Origin: Akkermansia muciniphila
GTDB taxonomy: Bacteria > Verrucomicrobiota > Verrucomicrobiia > Verrucomicrobiales > V1-33
Assembly: GCA_945861415.1 (NCBI GenBank)
Contig: CAMAUV010000012.1
Span: 7,609-71,608, forward strand
Direction of reading: 5' to 3'
DNA: 64,000 nucleotides
Made by a program: the position numbers and the translations under genes. How positions within the stretch are numbered: the first letter of the stretch is position 1; the number at the start of each line of letters is the position of its first letter. Positions 11,203-20,800 of this stretch are shown piece after piece. Below the pieces are notes generated by a model. It was not told where the DNA came from and did no database searches. It worked only from the letters and a program-made list of their open reading frames with translations.

Positions 11203-11808
11203 TCAGCGCCGGCTACGCATGCCGAACAATAAAACAGAGGCCGCCAGCAGGAGGGCGGAGACCGTGCCCGGCTCAGGCACTCCTGCACCGATCGACACGC
11301 CCACAGTGTCTTCGTAAGCGAATGAATGGATGGTGCCACCGCTGGGGTCATCGTTCAGGCTGACGCGGAGCCAGCCAAACTGATCGCCGCCGCCTGTCGG
11401 ATTCATACGAAAGCCGATAAAACCCGGGCTGGATGCTTGGAACTGGCTGGGGCCGGAGCCCAAGTGCGTGCTGCTGGCATTGGGGCCGGCGGCGTAAGTT
11501 CCGGAAGCATCGACCGGGGTATTATAGGCCAGATTCAACAACCTATCCGGGGCTAGGGTCATCGGTAGAAGCCCGTCACCATTGACTACATCCACACCGG
11601 CGAAGTCTATATTAATCCAGGCTGCCGTGGGGCTGCCGTAGAAGTCCGCCGGTTGGCTGGTGGTGGTCGCGCCGGTGAGCACGTTCAGGTAGACCCCGTT
11701 GAAGCTGTAGGGGATCGAGGTGTTCACGGCCCCACTGTAAACGATGGCAGCGGAAGCGGAAGAGGCAGTAAGGAATACTGCGGGAAGAATGCGAAGATGA
11801 CGTTTCAT
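11203..11808 (-). CDS. PEP-CTERM sorting-domain protein
   Basis: Signal peptide 'MKRHLRILPAVFLTASSASA'. The C-terminus 'VPEPGTVSALLLAASVLLFGMRSRR' has the PEP motif, a hydrophobic helix and a basic tail. It starts 38 nt downstream of the giant gene on the same strand. Confidence 0.85.
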   Translation of the reverse strand: MKRHLRILPAVFLTASSASAAIVYSGAVNTSIPYSFNGVYLNVLTGATTTSQPADFYGSPTAAWINIDFAGVDVVNGDGLLPMTLAPDRLLNLAYNTPVDASGTYAAGPNASSTHLGSGPSQFQASSPGFIGFRMNPTGGGDQFGWLRVSLNDDPSGGTIHSFAYEDTVGVSIGAGVPEPGTVSALLLAASVLLFGMRSRR

Positions 11809-11846
11809 AATATGGTAGTTTGTTTGTTATGTTAAGAGCAGACGGA

Positions 11847-14800
11847 TCAGGGCATGGTGACCGTGAGCCGGGCGAAGCGGGCTTTTCTGCCCGTGATGAA
11901 GCGGGTGTAGGGCACACTGACAGTCTGCCATGTGCCGTCGTCAGTGAGCACTTGCGGCACTGCCGTGCTGGGCACCCAGTTCGTTAGGTCTGTGCTGAAT
12001 TCCGGCCTGTAGGTGATCCCGGCCACGGCGTGATCCTTACGGCGGATGAAGACATAGCGGAAGTCCACGCTGTTGGGGATCTGCTCGATACGCTGAATCG
12101 GCTGACCTCTCAGGGTCACTGTGCCAGCGGCGAAGGTGCCGCTGAAGATAAGTTCCGGCACGCCCGTCGAGGCGCTGCTCGGGTTGGTCCCGAGGGCGAA
12201 CTCCATCAGGTTGTCCACGCCGTCGAAGTCCCAGTCGGATGAGCTCGCCGCGGGGCCGATGCCGTCGGGACTGTTGAAGTAGAACTGACGCCATTCCTCG
12301 ATGGAATTCATCAGCACGGTGTCCGCGGCGCGATCCGAGAACTGCTGAATGCGGGTGTCGAGCTGGATTGGCGTGTCGGCGAAGACATAACCGGTGGCCA
12401 GAGTCGGGTGGAGTGCCCCCACATAGTCCGCGAAGGCCCTCTGCTCACCAAGGGCGTTGATAGGGACATTTGCGGCCGCGGTGAAGTCGAGATTCCGCGC
12501 AATGGGGGCGGACAGGGTTCCGTTGTTCAGGATAAAGCGGAAGTTGTCGGTGTCCGGATTCGGAACCTGATTCCGCGGCACTGCACCGGGATCAAGATAC
12601 TTAATCGGATAAGCGTCCCCGCCGTTGGCGATGAAGTTCAGCGACACCGCCTGAATGAGCACCGGTGCTGAAGGCAGGATCACGCCGTTTTCGGCTACCT
12701 TTGCGACAATGCCGCCGGCGTCGTTGATGAGGGAGACCGACCGGACCTTCGGCGTGAGAGTTTTGTCATAGGAGAAGCGAATGTTACCCACCTGCGGGTA
12801 GCCGCCATTGCCGGCTGCGAGACCCGCTGCGTATTCCAGTATGGCCATGAGGCCCGCCGGGTTGGTGTCGAACACGATCAACTTATTGTCGAAGCGCAGT
12901 GCATTCTCAGTGTCCAGCTGGGAGATGCCGCCCTGTGGTTTGCCCGTGAGCGGATTGGCGAGTGGAGAGACCTTGGACCCGTCTGCGGCCACAGAGCCGA
13001 TGGAGGAGCGCAGGCCGCCACCATTCTTGAGTGAGACCACAGCGGCGGCGGTGGGCAATCCCAGTGCGTCACGGGCCTTGAAGGCATTTGCATCGGCGGT
13101 GAGATTGCCGAGGTTCACTTCCTGTGCGCGGCCAAAGACCCGGTCACCCTCCAAATATACTTTAGTGAAGCCGTAGATGTTGCCGTCCTTGGCGACGACT
13201 ACGGCATTGAGCGCATCCACGATCGCCTTCACTTTGGTTCCAATGGCGCTCGCGGCGACGATTTGGGCGGCTGTCTGGCCATTATTGTAGATGCTTTCGA
13301 GAAGAGCCGGCGAAGAGGCATAGGCTCCGTTCACCACAGGATTCAGCGCACTGGTGATGAGTTCGCCATTGGCGTCGAAGTCCACGACAAGACGCCCGAG
13401 ATATGAATACTCGGTATCGGTAGTGACGATGAGCACCGGCTTGCCGTCGGCACCAACAGTGACAATCGGGTAAGCATCACCGATGAAGTCGGCATCGTGG
13501 CCGTTGAAGCCGACCGCAGTATCGGTGGAGTCGCCCATGCGTTCGTGTCCGCCGCCGGCGACCATGATGTCGATGCCGCTGACCAGACCTGCGAAATCCT
13601 TGTTGCGCTGAAGGGTGTCGAGCTGGTCCACCATGATAATTTTGTTTACCCCGGTAGCGCGCAGGGCATCCACGGCTCTCTGGACGTAGGCGGCGACCTC
13701 TTGGATGTCGCTGGTGGCGTCGTTGGCGTCATCTTTGGGACGCGTGCCGTTCGGCGAGGACTTGGTTAGCAGTTCCCAGGTAGTGGAACCGACGATGCCG
13801 ATTCTCTGGCCCGCTACAGTCTTGACGGCATACGGAGCGAGACGCGCACGGATATTCGTGACTTCATCCCCCCGGAAGGCCACCGCGGAGGTTCCGCCCA
13901 CGGTGGAGTCTGCCTGTCCCCGCAGCGAGCTGTCCGACGCGAAATCGAGGTTTGCAGTAATGAAGGGGAACTGCGCGCCGGGAAAGGTCGAAGCCCCGCT
14001 GGTCTGCGTCGTGATCGCAGCCTGGAATACAGGCGATCCGAGGTCGAACTCATGATTTCCGAGCGCGGATGCGGTAGTGCCGAAGGCATTCATGATCGCG
14101 ATGTCCGGACGGCCAAGGGCCGTGACGCCAATACCTAGCACTGCATTTAGCGAAGGATCGGCTCCGGCGATAAGCCACGGTCCGGGAATGAAGGTATCAC
14201 CTTCAGCGAGCACCATGGTCGGGTATTCGTTGTCGAACTTGTCGATCATCGCGCCCATGGTCGGGGCCGTCTGGATGCCAAGCAGGCCGCTCTCGCCGTA
14301 GTAATGCAGCACCTGAAGCTGCATCGGTGGGGTGGCCGGCGTGATTTCGTAGGTCGTCAGGGTGAAAGAGTTTTCGTTGGCCACAATCAGCAGCGGGTAG
14401 CCTGTGGGGCTGTCCGCGGCAGGCACCACGAGCATGCCTTCCGGATTCAGATCACCACGTCGGCTGGCCACGGTGACGAAGGTCACATTCGCCGGATCGG
14501 TTACATCGAACACGAGGACTGAGTGGAAGCGCTCAAGGCCGACGAAGGCGTAGGCACGGCCCCCAATGACTGAGACCGTCACGCCCTCGGGCTCGGCAGA
14601 TTTGTTGTCGCTGCGGCTGTCATCCCAGAAGGCCGGGTAGTTTGCGGCGAAGATGCGGTCGATGAGGTCTCCGCTGTCGAAGACGCGCTTACCGCTCGCG
14701 TCGAGGATGGAGAAGGAACGTCCTCCGTAGCTGAGGATCCGGTCCACGTCCCCGTCGCCATCAAGGTCGCCGCGCAGGCCCGGGACATTGGAGACGGTCA

Positions 14801-17800
14801 GGCGACCGAGTTGGTCGTTGCCCTTTAGGTCGGTGCCCGGAGCACCAGCCGCACCAGAGCCGCCGGGCGTGCCTTCTGTGGGGAAGATCGTATCGTCGAG
14901 GTCAATCACCGGAGTAACGGTGGTCACCATTCCGACCGTGGTGGAGACAGTCGCATTGAGCGTTGTTGTCTCCACCGGGGTGATGAAGTCATTGCGGTCA
15001 TCGCCTTCGTTGGCGGTGATGTAATACGTCTGCCCGCCTGTGGAGTATGACGCGATGCCGTCAGGCATGAACATCCCGAAGGCTGGTAGATTCGGCTTCA
15101 ACTCGATGGCGTTGGCATTTGCCGCACCATCGCGGTCGGAGAAGTCACCAGTGACGCGGGCGTAGTTTTTAAGGCCCATCGGAGTGACGGCTGTGATCGT
15201 AGCGCTGGCAATATCCAGCGTGGCGATAGCATTCGCTTCCTGGAGAGTGACCATCGCCTTCGTGCCGTCCGGAGAAATAGCTACATACTCAGGCTCCAGA
15301 TCGTCCGAGGCCGCATTGCCAGGGAACACCCGGATGCCGGAAGCTCGCATCATCGCTTCCTGGCCATTCCATGCGTGGAAGGTGGCCGTCTGCACCGTGA
15401 GGGCGCCGAAGCCGGCAGAGACATCGATGACGCTGACGGAACCTTCCGGATCGCTATCGAATGGAGGAGCCGGCGGCAGCGCGGGCGGCGGCGGGATAAC
15501 CAACGGCGCAGGAATTTCGCCTTCATTGGCGACGAGCACTTTCATGCCGTCCGGCGTCCAGGCGAGCTGGTCAGGCACAGCACCCACTGCGACAGAGCCC
15601 AGCAGCGCACCGGTGCCTGCATTGAAGAAGGCCACCGTGCCAGGCATGGTCTTGTCAGGTATGGCGATGAGGGAAACGGCGAGAACACCGTTCTTCACCG
15701 CGACATGCGAGACGTCTTTGGATGTCAGGCCGAGAGTGGTCGGGTCAATCGGGGCGAGCTTCACCGGAGCCGAAGGATTCGTGAGATCCACGACCTGCAC
15801 GCCGACATTGGAAGCGGAGAAGGCTCGCTTGGAGACGGCGTCAAAGGCCGGGATTTCCGATCCGCCGACGCCAGACGTGGTGCCAGTGTCCGTGAGGACG
15901 AGTGTGCTCTTCATGGTCAGAGCGAGCGCATTCGTCTGCGTGACTGGCAGCGACGGAGCAGCCGTTACGGTGATGTTGAAGTTTACACTCTGCGTGCCGA
16001 CCGTGTAGCTGATGACATTCACACCGAGCGCCGCGGTGGCGGGATCAAACGTGCCGCCCTCGACACCGGTGCCGGAGAAGGTGCCGCCGGGGGGCATCGC
16101 ACCGGATGCTGCCAACAGGTTCAGCGGCGAGCAGTTGCCATCAATGGTCAGGCCGGCCTGAGCCGCGGCATTTACCATCGGCACTTCCGGAGTCATCTCG
16201 AACTCGCTCACGACAGCCGGCATGCGGGCTGTCACTGCAGCTGGATCCGCATCAAGCTGAGCCTTGCTGTAAGGCTCGATCCCCCAGGTGCGCACATTCA
16301 GTTTCTGCGTGGCTTGGTCGATGGTGAATTCCGTCCAGCCGTAGGTGTGTGTGGCTGTGTAGAGACCGCCGAGCAGGGTGACATTTGGCAGCGGGTTGGT
16401 CGTCAGACTCAGCTGATTGTAACCGATGGTAGCAAGCGTGGGATTGATGATGCCCTGAATGAAGCCCTCTCTCTGCGGAGCCTGCGCTGGCGTGAGGGAA
16501 TCGTAGAATGCCCGCTGCGGAGCGGTGATCAGGCCGAAGCCTGTGGCGAGATCCACGATGGTGGGGCCGAAGGGCCTGTCGTAGGCGACGGAGCCAGTGA
16601 TGACTTCGATGCTGTCCGTCTGAATCTGCGGCTGGCCGGGTCCCATCTGATAAGACAGGCGATTGATCGCCGTGCCGTGGAAGTCGGCGGCGACGAAGAC
16701 GACGTTTGAGATATTGTTGTCATCGATGAACTTCAGCAGTTCCGTGCGCTCGGCGGCATAGCCTTCGTAGCGGTCTTCACCAGCCAGCGGACCGAAGTTC
16801 TGCACGGGCTCCGGACAGAAGACAAATTTCCAGACGATACCGGAAGCCTGCGCGGCAAGCAGGTCGCTCTTGAAGTCGGCTTTCTGCACCGTGCCGAGCA
16901 TGGTCCGGCCGGGAGCGAAGGCATTGACAAGGAATCCGAAGACCTGCGCGTTGTCCGAGGGGTTGGTTATGGCGGGGATCGGCGCACTGCGGAAGCTGCG
17001 CGTGTCCAGCATGAACGTCGCAGCATCTTTGCCGTAGGTATTGTAGCGGTAGAGCTTCGCGCGGTTCGCGATGATCGGATCCCCCGTCGCGCCGTACTGC
17101 TGCATCTGCATCGGCATGTATTCGCGAAAGGCCTGGATGCCATTGAGGAACGTCTGCGTGTCACTGACCAACGTGCCGGTGTCGGCGGCGAAGCGCGGGT
17201 CGCTGGTGCGCGGCTCGGCACCGGAGAAGTCGTTCGTGACTTCATGGTCATCTATGGTCGCGAGGATCGGCGTGGTGGCGCGCAGATCAGCGAAGGTGTT
17301 CATGCCATAGCGCGTCGAGTAGATCTCATCGTGGCGCGCACGGTAGTCCGTGAGCGAACGGGCCTGCGCGGTGGGCAGCGCGGGGGAAGCGACGTCGCCA
17401 TAGACGTTGTCGCCGAGCTGCATGAAGAACTCGAGGCTTTTGCCCGCGGCATTCTTGATGGACGGGAACGGCGCGAGTTCGCCGCGCTGATCGCCGGAGA
17501 CACCGAACTTCAGACCCGCGATCGTCATCGGGGCGGCAGAGGTACGGAACATGCCGGTCACTACCGCAGTGCTGTTGGCAGTGTTGCTGGCGCGGTAGTG
17601 ATAGACAGTTCCCGCGGTCAAACCGGTGATGTTCACGGAAGCCGGCTTGAGGGCCTCGGGCACAGACGCCATGACGCTAGTCACCCCCGTGGCGAATGTC
17701 GCGTCGGTGGAATATTCGAACGTCACCGTGCCAGGGCCGAAGCCATGCGCCCAGAGCGTGGCCGCATTGCGCGTCACGTCACCAGAAGCAACGGTACGGT

Positions 17801-20800
17801 CCACCAGACCGTCAAGTTCGTGGATCGTCAGAGTCTGGGATTTCTCATTGGCAACCAGGAGCAGCGCTTTGCCGGTTGGGCTGTCCACGGGGGAAACGAT
17901 CACCGATCCTTCGGGATTCGTGTCGCCCGTGCGGCGCAGGCCGCTCACGAACTTCACGGCGTTGGGATTGGTGACATCGAACACGGCCACCATGTGAGAA
18001 CGCTCCAGGCTGAGGAAGGCGAAAGTGCGGGCTCCGATGGTGGCGATGGTCACGCCTTCCGGTTCCGGGCCTTTGTTGTCGCTCCGGCCATCGTCGAAGT
18101 TCGAGAGGAACTGAGAAGCCATGATGTTTTCCAGCATGTCACCACTGTCGAAAACCATGTTCCCCGCGGCATCGAGAATGGAGAAGCTCCGTCCACCGTA
18201 GCTGAGGATTTCATCGATGTCTCCGTCCCCATCGGTGTCACCACGGATGCCCGGGACATTAGAAACCGTGACGCGACCGAGGCTGGCCTGATTCTTCAGC
18301 GCGGCCTCGTTGGGGAAAACGGTGTCGTCGAGATCGTAATTCGTCGCACCCACCGTGGTCGTTTCCACAGGCGTGATGAAGTCGTCGCGGTCATCGCCTT
18401 CATTTGCCGTGACGTAGTAGGTCTGCCCGCCTGCGGTGTAGGAGGCGATGGCGTCGGGCATGTAGAGACCGAAGACCGGCTGGCCGGAAATCGGGTTTGC
18501 CAGGTTCACTGCGCCGGCACCGTCGCGGTCGCTGAAGTCGTGAGCGCCGAGAGCGAAGTCCTTTTTCCCGAGGGGCTTGATATCAGTGAAAGTGGCCGTG
18601 GGGATATCGAGGACAGCGACTGCGTTGGCTTCTTGGAGCGTGACCATCGCCTTCGTTCCGTCTGCGGAGACGGCGAAGTATTCCGGCTCCAGATCCGTGG
18701 AGGGCATGCCGCCCTGGAAGAGCCGCACCCCTGCTGCGGACAGCGCCGCGGCTTGGGCATCCCAAGCGGTGAAATCCGCCGTCGTGACCGCCGGTGCCGC
18801 GAGGCCGCCGCTGAGATCGAGGATGGTCACACCACCCGGGGTCGTGTCCAGGTCCACATTTCCAGCCGTCTCGGCCTCGATGGCAACGAGCAGCTTCGTG
18901 CCATCTGGCGTGAAGGCGATGTGGTCGGGATTCGCCCCGACTTGCACTGAACCAAGCAGCGTGCCGTCCGCGGCATTTAGGAAAACCACGTGGCCCGGGT
19001 CAGTCTTTGGCGAGGCGATCACGGAGGCCGCAAGCACTGCGGGATTCGCTCCGGAGGCCTTGCGAACAGTCACGGAGGAGACATCATTGCTGGTCAGTCC
19101 GGCGACTGCCAGCGTGGCTGGTGTAATCGTGCTGATAAACGCCGGCGCGGCGGGATTGGTGAGGTCGATGACTTGGACACCAGAGCCGGAGGAAGTGAAC
19201 GCGCGTTTCGATGCAGGGTCGAAGGCCGGGATTTCCGCACCACCAGTGAGAGGCGGAACGTCCATATCAATAAAGCCTTTCACCGTGGATGTGACCACGC
19301 CAGTGGCGGGGAAGCGCGAAGGGACAAAGTCATCGTTTGTGATCGTGCCGGTCGCAGCACCGGTGCCGGGCAGCACCGAGAGTCCGGTGATATTCGCCAG
19401 GCCGGAAAGTGTCAGGACGATCGTCTCGTTCGCTTCAATCGTGGTGTCGCCATTCACCGTCGCGATGACGGTCTGCGCGAGCGGGCCGCCCGCGGTGAAA
19501 GTGAGCGTGCCGGACGGTATGGCCACATAGTCTGAGCCGGAAGATGCTGTCCCGCTGACTGCGTAGTTCACGGTGAACTCTGTGTCAGCGACCGTGCGGG
19601 TGATGGTGAAGGTGATCGTCGCCGTGCCGCTGTTGCCTTCCGCGACCGAGGTAGCCGCAATGGTGACCGGCTGGCCGACCGTGATGGTGAAGGTGGTCGT
19701 GGCGCTCAGTGCGGGTGTGCCGCTGTCCGTTGCGGTGACCTTGATCGTGTGTGTGCCGCTGTCCGCCAGTGCGGGCGTGCCGGAGAACTGACGAGTGGCC
19801 GGATTGAACGTGAGCCAAGCAGGCAGCGCACTGTCATCTCCCTTCGTCGCAGAGTAGGTCAGTGTCTGGTTTTCCGGATCGGCGAACGAAGTGGCCGCGA
19901 AAGCAAAGCTGAAAGCCATACCCACACCGGTATTCTGAGCTGGAATGGCCGTTTCGAGGAACGGTGCCTGATTGTCCGGACCAGTGAGCCGCACGCGGTA
20001 GGCGAGGATGACGGTGTCATTTTCCACACCGCCGTCGTAGGTCTGCAGCGCGCCGGAGGCGTCCATATAGGCCCCGGTGGTGCTCAGAAAGTCATTGTCA
20101 TTGCCGAGGAAGAGGAAGTAATCGTTGCGGTTGGCCGGATCATTGGCGGACACCACCGACAGACCTTCCCACTTCTCCGACAGTGTGTTGATATCACCGT
20201 GGCCGCCGAGGAGGTTGAGTCCGAATTTCTCGACATCAGCCCGGGCCGGGTCCAGCTTGCCGAGCATATTCAGCGCCTCAGTCCAGGATACCGGCGTGAT
20301 ACCTGCAGCCAGCGTGCCGGCGGGAGCCACCTGAGCACCTTCTGCGTCGTAGGTGCCGTCGATGTTCGTCGCTCCGTTGAGTTCGGCGAGAAGCACTGAC
20401 TTGAAGGCCGGAGGGGGCGAGCCCGGGACGCCTCGACCATTGCCCTCGCGGGCGAGGATGAGAATCTGATGGCCGTTCAGCGCGACGATGGCACTCTGAG
20501 CGCAGTTCCGGTTTACGGTGACGCCATTTGTCAGGGATCCGGTGTCATCGGCGCGGGGCAACTGGACGACATACTGCGCGATCGGGTCGCTCGGCGTGTC
20601 GGAAGTGGAAATGTCATAGACGAGCAGGCGAGCATTGGAGCGTCCATAGTTACCTGTGCCGGAATCCTGGATCGTGGCGCTCTGGAGCAGGGCGAAAAGG
20701 CGAGTGCCATCCGGGGAAACGGCCAGACCTTCCATGCCTTGATTGATGCGGCGGCCATTGACGCCTTCGAGCAGGAAATTGTTCGTGCCCACGGGATTGT

